Shown here: positions 23,566-36,599 of the stretch, one piece after another
Layout of the letters: each line of letters opens with the position of its first letter
Numbering within the stretch: the stretch's first letter is position 1
Source: Salpingoeca rosetta
Lineage: Eukaryota > Protista > Choanoflagellata
DNA: 55,229 nucleotides
Direction of reading: 5' to 3'
Assembly: GCA_033442325.1 (NCBI GenBank)
Contig: JAWQFM010000003.1
Location: forward strand, 1,834,497 to 1,889,725
Notes under the pieces: model-generated
Databases searched by the model: none
The model's input: the letters and a program-made list of their open reading frames with translations, nothing else
Told to the model about the DNA's origin: nothing
Made by a program: the position numbers and the translations under genes

Positions 23566-26500
23566 TGATGGGGTGGTAGTACACATACGCACGCACGCGT
23601 GTACACACGCATGCCAACACACCAGAGCAGACATTGGCTGTGGGGTGGTTGCACTGACGTGTGTCGCACATGAATCAATCACACAACTCAAATGTGTGTG
23701 TGTGCGTGTGTGCGTGGCTGCAGGCGGACGTGTGCGGGTTTCCCCAACCGATTTCCCTTCCTCCTTTCCCAACCAATCGCCTTTGCTCTGTGTCATCATC
23801 ATCATCATCATCAGCCTTCCCCCCATGCGATGTGAAGCTGTTGAGGCGTGCTCAAGACAACGGCCAACAGCAGGTATTGCAGCAGTTGTGGATGCAGTGG
23901 ATGTGGTGATGTGGTGCGCTTGCTTGCTTGGCTGCTTGCTTGTTGGGTGCTTGCTTCGTTGTTCTTGTGTGTAGGTGATGCACCCCACCCACAACATGCT
24001 GCATAGTCCCATGCGTGGTCCCTTTGTGTCCCTCCTTTCCTGTCCTCACCATCACCGGTCATTTTTGTTCGTCCCTGGTTGGTTTCTCCTTGCCTCACAG
24101 GCATACACGCAGGCAGGCATGCAAGCTTGTGCTGCTGCTGGTGCTGCTGTGATGATGGCCGTGCGTGTGCCTGTGCGCTGTGCACCGTGTTTGGGATGCA
24201 CCGATGAAGACAAGGAAGGACACGACTCGTGCCCACCACTCTTCTCCCTTCATCTCCTCTTTCTGCTCCATCAGCGATGACGATGGTGGCCGTGACATGT
24301 GATTGCGGTTCCCTTTTTCTGGCTTTGCTGTGGCACATCGGCTGGCTGGCTGGCTGCATCAAGCACATGTGAGGATGATCGTTGGCGGTTGGTTGGTTGG
24401 TTGGTGGGCTGAGTTGTGTGGAGTGGGACAAGCAGGGGGAGGAGGGAAGTGACACGGTGATGGTGGTGATGATGGTGGTGGTGGTGCGACGTGGGAGTGC
24501 AGAGCCAAAGGAGGGAGGGGAAACGAAGTGATAGGAGGGCGATGATGATGTTGGTTGGGGGGAATGGGGGTGCGCGTGTGTACATGCACGTGAATCGTGT
24601 GGTGATGGTATCACATGACAATGACACACATATCAGTGGCTCATTCCTTTTCCTTGCACCTGTGTGATTGTGATGATGACTGCAGCAGGCAACATACGGC
24701 GGTGGATGCTGGATTGGATTGGCTGGGGTTGACTGGCCATCGTGTCGTGTCGCCCATTCCTCTCTCCGTTGCTCATCTCAACTGGGAACACACACAGCCA
24801 TGTGTGCGTGTGTGCGTGTGCGTGTGTGCATCGCCATCAACCACGCCGACAGCGACACGATGCACGAGGTGAGGGCACGCAATGCCGTGTGTGTTTGGTG
24901 GAAGAGGTTGAGGGGAAGTGGGGAAGCCATTCATCATGGCCACCATCACCACCATGGCTGTGTACCTGGTCATGTGACCGTGCATTTGGGGGATGGAGAT
25001 GAGGGGAGATATGATGTCGTTGTGGTGGTTGTGGTGGTTGTGGTTGCATTGTTGTGCATGCGTGTGCATGGTGCATCGTCTCACTCTGCAATGCCATGTG
25101 TGACTGTGTGTGACTGTGTGTGTGTGTGTGTGTGACTGCAGATGTGCGTGTGCGCATATGTCGGGCAGATGCGTTGATCGACGACGAGGTGTGTGTGATT
25201 GCGTGTGTGGTTGACCTTTGTGTCCTTGTGCCATCACACACAACGCACAACACCAAGCACATCATCATCACCCACCCCCATGTGTTTTTGCTGTCCATTC
25301 ACGCATGGCATGCTCACATCCACCCCTTCCCCTTGCTTCTTCTCCTTCTTCCTCCTCCCCTGCTGCTACCACCCCTTTCACTGTTTCCCTCCATCGCTTT
25401 TCACACACAGAGTGAGGAACCCATCCACGTCCAACACCCATATCCACGCATGGACACGCCATGGCAAGCTGTGCCACCTCAAACCAACCCAACTCAACCC
25501 AGGCCAAGGAAAGGAAGAGGAAAGGAAGAGGAAAGGAAGGAGGGACAGAGGACGTGGGGCTCCCAACAGATGTGTGTGCGTGTGCGTGTGTGTTGATGGA
25601 CGGTGTTCTCCTTTCCCCTCTCCATCGCCTCGCCTCTTGCTTCCATGGCGATCTGGCTGGGTGGCTGTTGCTCCCCTCCCCTTGTTTGTTTTCTCTTCCA
25701 GCCCTTGTGTGGCTGTTGGTTGTCTGTTGTGACTGTGAGGAGGAGAAGGAGGATGAGAGGAGAGAGGGCGCATGCTGTCCACATCTGTGTGTGTGTGTGT
25801 GTGTGTGTTTGTTTCTTCTTCTTTTCCATCCCCCTTTCTTCTCCCCTTCTCTTCTTCCCTCCTCAGCCTGCAAGGCCTGTGAGCCTGCGTTGCATTCACA
25901 CACACAGTGCTGTTCCCCCTTCTTCTCCTTCTCCTTCTTCTTGTCTCATTGAAACCAACCAACCAAGCAACCAAGCAAAGCAAGCAAGTCCGCCCTTCAA
26001 CAAACAACCGCAGAAGTTGCCGCAGCAGTGGGCGATTGTTTGTGGCATCTTCCACAAATCGCCCAAACACGAAACAACAAGACCAACACAAACGCAACAA
26101 GCAGCAGGCGAAACGCGAATCAAGGTGCGTGTGTGTTTGAGCGGGAGGTGGCTTGCGTTGTTCGTGTGCGTGGCTGGCGCAGGGTCGGCGGAGAGGAGGG
26201 AGAGGGTGCGCGTTGTGACGGGCACTCACTGGCGGTTCTGTTGTGGGTGGTCTCGTTTGGTTCCATGGACTGTGTGGGGATGTGGTGGGTGATGGTGTGA
26301 TGGTGAACAGGTGCAAGCAGAGAACACGCACAGCAGCAACCACACCATGGATGTGTGCAGGGCCAAAGGCATGCAAGGCGTTGCCCACAGTCGGTGAGGC
26401 TGACATATGTGCTGCACAGGCCCATGGCACGCTGGCACCGTGAGTTTGGGCGAGTTGTGTCAATTGGTTTGACTGCTGTGTGGGTGCGTGTGTGTTTGTG

Positions 26501-28322
26501 CTTGTGTGAAGGAGGGAGAGGTGGGACGTGGCTGTGGTGGGTGTTGTGATCTCACACGCACTCCTGCTGCAGTGGATGTATTTGGCTCACACACGCACAC
26601 AGAGAGGGATGACGGGCCGCATCGACCCACACACACGCGTGTGTGAACACACACGCACACACACGCACGCTGACTGGCAGTCTGATGCCACCTCACGGTG
26701 CGTTGCACTTGCACGTGCGTGTGACTGTGACTGTGTGCATGTCGTTCATGCTGTGTCTGCTTGTAATTCACACAGTGTGTGTGGTGGCTGCTTGCTTCCC
26801 TCTGTCTCACACCTGTGTGTATGGATGTTGACACACAGACACACGCAGGCACACAGTGAGTGGGTGTGCAGGCACACATCCTCACACAGGCAGCCAAGCA
26901 GGCAGGGCATACTCTTCCTTCTCTCCTCTGCTGCCACCCGCATTGCTGCATGGATGGACCAGTGGAAGCAAGGCGTGTTGGATGATGCTGGCTGGCTGAT
27001 GTCCTTCCCTTGGTGTGTGTGTGTGTGTGTTGCGCTACTGCTTGCTCTTGTTCCCCCCTGTTTGTGTTTGTTGTGTCTGTTGTGCGTTGCTGCTTCTCTG
27101 TGCTTGTGTGTGTGTGTTCACCACAACCACGTCGTGTGCGCCCATCACCATCGTCTGTTCTCACGCACCTCCCCATCTCTCCCTTTCTTCTTCTGCTCCC
27201 TTCCCTCTTCCCTCTTTGTCATCCCCACACGCACATGCACACACACACATGGACGCTTGTGCAGGGGAAGTGCAGGCTGTGTGTTGGACCCCATGGCAAG
27301 GCACGCACAACCAAGCAAGGACACACGAGCAAGCAAGGACACAGGACAAGCAAGCAAGACGTGGGGCTGCCATAGACCACGCACCTCGTTGGAGAAGGAG
27401 GGGAGCGTGAGCGGGTGGCGTTGCATTGTGTTGTGTTGTGTTGTTGTGTCGTGTTGTTGTTGACAGCGTGCACGTCTCTCTCCTTGTATCCCTCTGCCTT
27501 CCTCCCTCCCTTTCCCTTCTCTCTCTCTCTCTTCTCTCCTACCACAGCATGCACACTGCTGCTGCTGTTGTTATTTTGGCTGATGGTGATGATGGCGGCT
27601 GATGGGGGAGTGAAGCGGTGTGGCGTAGCATGGAGCTGTCGCTTGTTGTGTGTGTTGCTTGCAGTTGATATGGGGATGGGGATGCTTTCTCATCTGTTCT
27701 TGCCACGCGTGTGTGTGTGTGTGTGTTTGCTTGCTGTCGTGTTGCTGAAGTGAAGTGGAAATATACAATGCAACACGCATGTGCAGCTGTGTGTATCGTG
27801 TGTTGCTGCTGCTGGTGGATGGTTGTGGATGGTTGCAGTGAACACAGTGTGTGTTGTTGTGATGTGACTTGGGTTAGTGGCGAGCTGGTCGTGCGGCTGT
27901 GGAGTGGGTGTTGCATGAAGGTGAGGACAGCAGCAGCTGTGAACGTGGGGAGTGGGGGCAAGGATGAAGCGAGTGATGATTGCAGCGACTGGTGATGGTG
28001 GATGTGAACAGGGCTGACGTTGAAGAAGGCGGCAGTGTGGGCTTGATGGGTTTATGATGTGTTGTAACACATGCAGCATGAAACAGGAACGAGGCAGGAA
28101 GGGAAGGGAAGGGGAAGGGAAGGAGTGGCGGCACAAAGTAGTAAACAAGGACAAGGGAAGGTATGCAAACACATGGAAACAACAGCAGCAGTGGCAAGAA
28201 TTGAAACAAGACAGGGGTGGTGGTGGAACGCAGGTGAAATAGACAAACAAGGCTTGTGGTGACAAGGTGGTGAAAGAAGGGGAAGAAGGGAAGCACAAAT
28301 ACACACAGTGGGTTGTGTTGTG

Positions 28323-28432
28323 GTGCTGTGTCGTGTGAAGTAAAGTGAAGGACGAGTGATGTTGTGTGGAGGGGTGCTGTGTCGTGTGAAGTAAAGTGAA
28401 GGACGAGTGATGTTGTGTGGAGGGGTGCTGTG
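28323..28432. repeat. 51-bp direct tandem repeat (2 copies plus a partial copy)
   Basis: gtgctgtgtcgtgtgaagtaaagtgaaggacgagtgatgttgtgtggaggg starts at 28323 and 28374, with a partial copy at 28425. Confidence 0.9.
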
Positions 28433-29054
28433 TGGTGGTGAGTGGATGGAAGAGAGGAAGAGACCAGGGTGAAGCATGTGGCAACAAGTGCAAAGCAACA
28501 ATGCAACACATGGAATGTGGAAAGGCAAAGGGAAGAGAGAAGGAAGCAAGTGTGAGTGAAGGGAGAGACAAAGGGACAAAGCGGCACATGCATGGTTGTG
28601 GATGTTGTGTTTTGGGTTGTGTTGTGATTGTGGCGGTGAAGCAAAGGAAGCAGGAGCAAGCATGCACGAAGAGAGAAGGTAAAGCGGGAAGAGGAGGAGG
28701 CGATTGCAGCGAGCTTCTTACGCACCTGAAATCCTGAACATATCGCTGCTGGAGGCGAGAGGGGAAGCGCAGGTGATGTTGGAGAGTAAATCCAAGAAGC
28801 GAGGCGATGTTGCTGAGTGAAGTGGAGTGGAGTGGAGTGAAGTGGCGAGGGAGTGACAGAGCAGTGTGAGTGATGGTGTAGATTGATAAAGGGTCGATCG
28901 CAGGTGCGTGCAGGCATGGTGGGTGATGCAATGACACAGTGACAAGTGAGTGGAGGAGTGTTGTGAAGTGAACAAGGTGGAAGCAAGGAAAGTTGTGGGT
29001 ACTTGCAAGCAACACGCACAGAGCAAGCAAGCGTACGCACGAGGTGTCTGCAGC

Positions 29055-29545
29055 AAGTAGACGGATGTAGTGGAGTGAATCCAATGGGAGTAGGAGACGT
29101 TGTGAGTGCATGCAGACGGATGTAGTGGAGTGAATCCAATGGAAGCAGGAGAAGTTGTGAGTGCCTGCGAGTGAGTAGACGGATGGAATGGAGTGAATCC
29201 AATGCAAGCAGGAGATGTTGTGAGTGCTTGCAAGTAACACAACAGTGAGTAGAGGTATCATTGTGGATTGAATCCAATGCAAGTAGGAGAAGTTGTGAGT
29301 GCTTGCGAGTAACACAGCAGGGAGTAGACGGATGTGCTGGAGTGAATCTAATGCAAGTAGGAGAAACTGTGAGGGCTTGCGAGCAACACAGCAGCACTGC
29401 GCAATTGCATGCAAGTGTGTTTGCCTGTGAGCAGAGGATCGTTTTGCAGTGAATCCAATTCATGTAAGAGAAGCTACCAATGCTTGCCAGCAACACAACA
29501 ACACTGCGCAATCGCATGCAAGTGTATTTGCAGTGAGCAGAGGGA
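29055..29545 (+). repeat. Degenerate 55-110 bp subrepeat array, probably in the rDNA intergenic spacer
   Basis: About six units with the core agacggatgtagtggagtgaatccaatg(c/g)aag(c/t)aggagaagttgtgagtgc, lying about 3 kb upstream of 18S in the same orientation. Confidence 0.75.
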
Positions 29546-32364
29546 TGCTACTCATCCATTCCACTTTAATCAGAAACACGTTCCCGTGCCTGCAGGCAAC
29601 ATCTACACACAAACGCATGCATACACACGTGTACACGCGTCCCTTGCGCTGCTCCTCGTCGTTCTCTGCCTGCTTGCTCGTCTCTTGTGCAATCACATGG
29701 AAACGAATCCATCCTTGCTGCTCTACTCCGCAGTTCCTCTTCTTGTTTCAGCGCAGCGTGCCTGCAGGCAAGTAGAAGTGCGCACAGCGCGGTGTGCTCG
29801 CGCGCACGTGTGCCTGCAAGCCAGCCACGTGGTCTTGTGCCTGTTGCTGCAGCTCATGGCATGGTGCAGTGACGTTTGCTCGCTTGCTCACTTGATCATC
29901 GGAGTAGGGAGACTGGAGCGGTGAAGTCAAAAAAGGGTGCAGAAGAAAGGTGCAATCATGTGAAGAAAAAAAAGCCAAAAACTGTGATGAGTAGTGTCTG
30001 AACGCTGCGTCCTGATGCACCAGCTGTGCAGCATGCAGGTGGAGCGCAAGCGAAAATTGCATGCATGCAAGCAGTGGTTGGTCACGGGCCAGGGGATTTT
30101 GGGGTGTGAGCAGTGTGAAGAAGCTTGATGCAGTGAAGCTGTTCACACTCGCTAGATCCAGTCACAAATCTAGATCTAGCAGAATCACTGAATCTAGCTT
30201 GCGGTGCCTGCAGGCAAAGTACACTAGGACAAAGCAGCAGTTCAAACAGCTGCCGCTCGATGGATTGGCATACATGAGGGGAAGGATGCAAATGAGCAAG
30301 ACAAAAAAGAAAAAGAGAAGGCAAAGGTATAGAGCCGCTGAGTAGAGGCGCAAGCAAGAGAGCAAGGCGAATGTCGCTGAGCAGGATTGCTTGCGGGCAC
30401 GAAAAGCCGCGTCTGCGCCCTTGCAGCTACAACTTCTCTTTCTTCTTGGGTCTTTGTTCTGCTGTGTTCTGAGCGACCTCTCTCTTCATGTGTGTGTGTG
30501 ATGTGTGTGTGTGAGTGCAGGCAAAGCGAAGCGACACTCTTGAGTGTGTTGTGAGCAATGCTTGCACGAGCACACATGCGTGCACAGCACATGCAATGAG
30601 AACAGCACGGGCGTGTGTTTGTGTGTGTGGATGCTTATGTGGGTGATGCGTGAGCATTGTGTGTGGGTGTGATGAGGCGCATGTGGGGAGGCGAGCAAGC
30701 GATTGCTTGTGTCTCTGTGTGTGTTCTTGTGATCACTCGCATGAGCAAACGCATCTCTACTACACAGAAGCAAAAGCAACACACGACATATGCGCTTGTG
30801 GCGAGCAACGACTGTGTTTGCGGAAAGAGGGCGAGCTGATTGTTCAGCTTCCTCTGAGTGTGACAGCGTGAAGCGCTGGTCATTCCTCTCATACGAACAC
30901 GCATTTGTTGGCTCTTGATTGTTCTTCTCTCCTCACATTCGCATTTCATGTGTGATATGTGACGCAGCGAGANNNNNNNNNNNNNNNNNNNNNNNNNNNN
31001 NNNNNNNNNNNNNNNNNNNNNNNNNNNNNNNNNNNNNNNNNNNNNNNNNNNNNNNNNNNNNNNNNNNNNNNNNNNNNNNNNNNNNNNNNNNNNNNNNNNN
31101 NNNNNNNNNNNNNNNNNNNNNNNNNNNNNNNNNNNNNNNNNNNNNNNNNNNNNNNNNNNNNNNNNNNNNNNNNNNNNNNNNNNNNNNNNNNNNNNNNNNN
31201 NNNNNNNNNNNNNNNNNNNNNNNNNNNNNNNNNNNNNNNNNNNNNNNNNNNNNNNNNNNNNNNNNNNNNNNNNNNNNNNNNNNNNNNNNNNNNNNNNNNN
31301 NNNNNNNNNNNNNNNNNNNNNNNNNNNNNNNNNNNNNNNNNNNNNNNNNNNNNNNNNNNNNNNNNNNNNNNNNNNCAAGGCACATGGAAGTGTGTTTATC
31401 GGCTGTGATCTCTGATAGAGGGTGGCGCTGTCTGTTGTTTCTTTTGAATAGCGGCAGGTGGCGACTGTCCTTGATGATACCAAGCTTGCGCATGCAGGAG
31501 GCAATTCCGCCGCTGTGATCGCGGTGTGGATTGTTCTTCTTGAGAGGGTGCCTTGAGCAACACTCGATCATGAGTGGAGGCAAACTGTGCTGTGAGCACG
31601 ATGACGATGTTGGGCACGCACACATGCGTGGATGAAGTCTATTTGATGCGAAACAGTGTTGTGTGTTGTTTCGAAAGAGAGCCATGCGCGCTGCATGCTG
31701 CCGATGGGCACGTGCTGCCATTGTATTTGTGTGTGTGTTGTGTTGTGTGTTGTGTGAGCAACGTTGCGTTGTTTGCACGCACACATATGCACATGCATGC
31801 ACATGCAAAACAATGGTGGCGTGTGTTTTGTTGGCAGAGCAGGTTGTTGTCACTGGCACTCACTGGAAAACAGCACACATATTGTTAATCTGCATTGAAT
31901 GACACTGCTTCATCCACACACCTTTGTGTGTGTGTGTCTGGGGTTGTTGTTGTGTGCACAGCCACAAGAACAAAACCAAAAAGAAAAACAGAACGACCCG
32001 AGTGGCACGTGCAGCGATGTGCGTGTTGCTTGTGGAAGCTTTGTTTGTTGGGGTGCAGGAGGAGTGAGTGAGCGATTGAGGGGAAGAAGAAGGGAAGACG
32101 CACAGCATTCATTGCATTGTTGTGTTTCTCTCCCTCTTCCCCTTTGCTTGTCTCGCTCTTGTCTCTTCTGAATCCTCGACAGCCATAGCCGGGCGACAGC
32201 TGTGGTGTGTCGTGCGTGCATTGTGTGCAATGTGGTGTGTTGTGTGTATTGTGTGTGTGCAATGTGTTTGGGCTTTACAACCTACACGCATTCACACGCA
32301 TCTACACACACTCACACGCACACTTATACACACCACGAACAGCCACTCGCCTTCTATGGAGAGA

Positions 32365-33695
32365 TAACTGGTCGATCCTGCCAGTAGTCATATGCTTGTC
32401 TCAAAGATTAAGCCATGCATGTCTAAGTATGAATAGTATTCTTGATACTGTGAAACTGCGAATGGCTCATTAAATCAGTTATAGTTTATTTGATAGTTTG
32501 CAACTCGTTTTTCGGAGCGGTGTTGTGCTAGACGGATAGCCGTGGTAATTCTAGAGCTAATACGTGCGACAAGGCCCGAGAGAGGGGTGTGTGTATGCGC
32601 ATTTTTTCTTCTCGAGGGCTGCATTTGTTAGGTATAAAGCCAGCAGGAACATGACTGGTGAATCAGAATAACTTTGCTGACCGTTACACTTTTGTGTGTG
32701 ATGGTGTCTCATTCGAATTTCTGCCCTATCAACTTTCGATGGTAAGGTATTGGCTTACCATGGTGACAACGGGTGACGGGGAACATTTGGTTCGATTCCG
32801 GAGAGGGAGCCTGAGAGACGGCTACCACTTCCAAGGAAGGCAGCAGGCGCGCAAATTACCCAATCCTGACACAGGGAGGTAGTGACAATAAATACCAATG
32901 CACGGTGTTTTTTATGCACTGTGCAATTGGAATGAGAACAATGTAAAGACCTTATCAAGGAACAATTGGAGGGCAAGTCTGGTGCCAGCAGCCGCGGTAA
33001 TTCCAGCTCCAAAAGCGTATACTAAAGTTGTTGCAGTTAAAAAGCTCGTAGTTGGATTTCATGCGGGGTTCACGGTGTGTGGGTGGGGGTGAGACACTGT
33101 TTCACGCGCGCCTTCTTCTGCCCCGCACTGTTTGGACTCTGCAGTTTTAATATTCCCTGGTGGCGCCTTTGGCGCGTGCCCTTGATTGGGTGTGTGTCAA
33201 GTCACGTAGTGGTGGGGCGCTGTTGGGGGCTTTACTTTGAAAAAATTAGAGTGTCAAAGCAGGCAGTCATTTGATTTGCTTGAATAGATTAGCATGGAAC
33301 AACGGAAGAGGACTTTTGGGCCTGTACTGTTGGCGTGTGGTGCGGGGTGTGTGGAAGAAGAAACCGCAAGGTTTTCTTATTCCTCCCTCACCACATCGGG
33401 TCTGAAGTAATGATTAATAGGGACGGTTGGGGGCACTGGTATTTCGTTGTCAGAGGTGAAATTCTTGGATTTACGAAAGACCGCCGACTGCGAAAGCATT
33501 TGCCAAGGACGCTTTCATTGATCAAGAACGAAAGTTAGGGGATCGAAGACGATTAGATACCGTCGTAGTCTTAACCATAAACGATGCCGGCCAGGGCTCG
33601 GTGGGCAGCACAAATGTTTCAACGCATGGTGGCGCCATCGGGACCTTTAGGGAAACCAAAGCGTTTGGGTTCCGGGGGGAGTATGATCGCAAGAT

Positions 33696-33742
<47 letters not shown>

Positions 33743-34276
33743 GCGGCTTAATTTGACTCAACACGGGGAAACTCACCAGGTCCAGACATGGGAAGGATTG
33801 ACAGATTGACAGCTCTTTCTTGATTCCAAGGGAGGTGGTGCATGGCCGTCCAGCTTTTGTTGTGAAATCTCTGTTTGATTACGGTAAACGGCGAGACCTT
33901 GACTTGCTGATTGGTGTGCGCCTGCGTTAGCAGGCGTTGGAGATTACGCGCAAGCGTGTCTTTTGATACACCACTCAGAGGGACACTCGGCGTTGCTATT
34001 GAGCGTAAGCCGAAGGAAGTTTGAGGCGATAACAGGTCTGTGATGCCCTTAGATGTTCTGGGCTGCACGCGCGCTACACTGACGGGGGCAGCGAGTATGC
34101 TTTGGGTGTTTGTGGTGGGGAAAGTCTTGTGCTTTTCTGCATTCACAAACATCTATTCCTGCGCTGGAAGGCGTGGGGACTCTTGTGAAAACCCGTCGTG
34201 CTGGGGATAGATGCTTGCAATTATTCATCTTGAACGAGGAATTCCTAGTAAGCGCAATTCAACAGATTGCGTTGAT

Positions 34277-34322
<46 letters not shown>

Positions 34323-34415
34323 AATGGTTTAGTGAGGCCTCGGGATTGGCGCGTGGGCGCTGGCAACAGCTGCCCATGTGTTTCTTTGCTGAGAACCTGG
34401 TCAAACTTGATCATT

Positions 34416-34472
<57 letters not shown>
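32365..34472 (+). rRNA. 18S rRNA, complete (~2.1 kb, expanded)
   Basis: Starts taactggtcgatcctgccagtagtcatatgcttgtctcaaag, contains gtgccagcagccgcggtaa, and ends gtaggtgaacctgcggaaggatcatt. Confidence 0.98.
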
Positions 34473-34716
34473 CCAACAAGGAAAACGTTGAAAAGCGTGG
34501 TTGGTGAGGGATGGTGAGGGATGGTGAGGGATGGTGAGGGAAGGTGGAGACACTGGACTGAGCCAACCGAGCCAACCGAGCCAACCAAGCCAACCAAATC
34601 GCTCTCACACGCTTTTGTGTGCGGGAGTGAGCATTGTGTGAATGAAGACAACAACAAAGCAAAAGCATGTGCATGCGTGCATATGAGCATTGTGAGTGTC
34701 GCCGTGGAGCACATGT
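34473..34716 (+). other. ITS1 (partial, ends at gap)
   Basis: Follows 18S and is homologous to the reverse complement of 53680-53929. Confidence 0.9.
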
Positions 34717-34816
34717 NNNNNNNNNNNNNNNNNNNNNNNNNNNNNNNNNNNNNNNNNNNNNNNNNNNNNNNNNNNNNNNNNNNNNNNNNNNNNNNNNNNN
34801 NNNNNNNNNNNNNNNN

Positions 34817-34990
34817 GTGTACGACACGCGCGGGTTCTACGGAAAAGATCCTGGCGATCTGTCTGAGCGTCGCGCCATTCGCGAGCGCCTCAACTGCCAC
34901 TCCTTCAAGTGGTTCCTGGAGAACGTTCACCCGGACCTTTGGGTCCCAGACATTCACCCAAAGTTTTCAGGCATCATCAGCGACCCATCC
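34817..34990 (+). CDS. Polypeptide GalNAc-transferase (GT27) exon fragment
   Basis: [29 protein letters not shown] is the characteristic end of the GALNT catalytic domain. Donor gtgagt at 34991. Confidence 0.85.
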
Positions 34991-35050
34991 GTGAGTTTTG
35001 TAACTGTCATTGTTTTGCTATTCACTCAGTACGTACGTAAACGAACGACG

Positions 35051-35146
<96 letters not shown>

Positions 35147-35316
35147 TGTGCTTTGCCCTTCGCTTTGCACGCCCACTTTCCCCTTGAGTTGAAAAAGGCT
35201 TGATCCTTGTTGTTCACTGCCACCAATAACCCCTTGTTCACCATGTGTTCCTCCCTCTGCTGACGCTCCCTCTGCTTTCCCTTCCCCCTGCCTCCAATCG
35301 AATTCTGTGTGTGCAG

Positions 35317-36008
35317 AGCTGATCAATGTGTTTGAGGTGTTCCTGCCGCAGCTGCTGCTGTATCCAAACGCCTCTGATCCCCTCAACGGCGAGGCAGCGT
35401 CCCTCTACGTCAACAACAAGAGCGACTTTGTTCGCCGCGTCAAAGGTGCGGTACACACACACACACACACACACACTCTCTCTCACACACACACACATTT
35501 CACACACACACCACGCAAGTTGTACGTTTGACGCCTGCCATTTTCTGCTGCATGGATCTGTTCCTCTGTCCACTCAAGTTGTCCCCTGTCCCACCTCTGT
35601 ACTTCCCTTATCTCTATCCAAGTCATCGCCACCATCTCTCATCTTCATTCCTTGTTGCCCCCTTCCCCCCTCCGCGCACACTCTCAAACAACGTGCGGTG
35701 CAGAGACGGTGCGGCGGTTTGCGCAGCTGGAGCACTTGCAGGCGCTGGACGGCCGGCACCCGGCCAGCCAGAAGCCACACGCCACACACGCGCAGGACGC
35801 AACGACGGGCGATGATGAGGACGAGCACAAGGCCAAGCGCAGCGCAACCACCGCCACGACAGAGAATGGCATTGGTCACGGTGGCATGGATGGTGACGGC
35901 GATGTCGACGACGACGACGACGACGACGACGCCGGTGATGAATCGGATTTGGAGGTGATGGACTCGGATGAGGATGAGGAGATTGCAGACGCCAGCCTGA
36001 CATTGTGA
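35317..36008 (+). CDS. UBE2H: Ubiquitin-conjugating enzyme UBE2H/UBC8-like, last two exons (35317-35445, 35704-36008)
   Basis: [30 protein letters not shown]...VK|ETVRRFA, then an acidic tail and TGA. The intron is phase-compatible GT-AG. The catalytic exons are not present upstream. Confidence 0.85.
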
Positions 36009-36205
36009 CGCCGATGCACTCATTGTGCGTGCGCATGTGTTAATGTATGGACCGTCTGATGCTGAACATAATGTATGCCGTGTTGTTGCGGTGATGTGAT
36101 GTGTTGTGTTGTGATGTGTTGTGATGTGATGTGAGCTTGATCGCATCACGCGTGTGTGGTCGCTCGTCTGCCATGGCTTTGGGTCGTTGCCCTGTTGTCA
36201 CATGT

Positions 36206-36243
<38 letters not shown>

Positions 36244-36498
36244 GCGTGTTGTTTTTGTTGCGCATAATTGATCTGTGGCGTTTGATGCAGTTTAATGTCA
36301 GGGCATTGTTTGCCTGTTGGGTTGTTCAAGGGTGCGTGTGTGCATCATATGCATATGTGTGTTGTCAATACCCAATCTACAAGAAGACCACTTCAACAAG
36401 CCGTGCTCAGCGTGATTCGTATGTACAGTTATGCGCGAAGGACAGTTGAACAAGGGAGAACTAAGCTGGTGTTGAGGAAGCGAATGGGGAGATTGAGT

Positions 36499-36591
<93 letters not shown>

Positions 36592-36599
36592 CACTGCGG

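Noticed and set aside
20000-27400. Possible exon remnants (e.g. 22700-22880 minus, 23390-23475 plus)
   Set aside because: Splice-like signals are present but there is no recognisable protein similarity.
27690-29517. Long minus-strand ORFs (574 and 547 aa)
   Set aside because: Low-complexity, stop-poor spacer and repeat sequence with no domain signal.
29055-29545. CRISPR-like array
   Set aside because: The sequences between the cores are homologous to each other rather than unique spacers, there are no cas genes, and the context is eukaryotic.
32658-34450. ORFs within the rRNA genes (also 48000-55229)
   Set aside because: Spurious frames overlapping rRNA.
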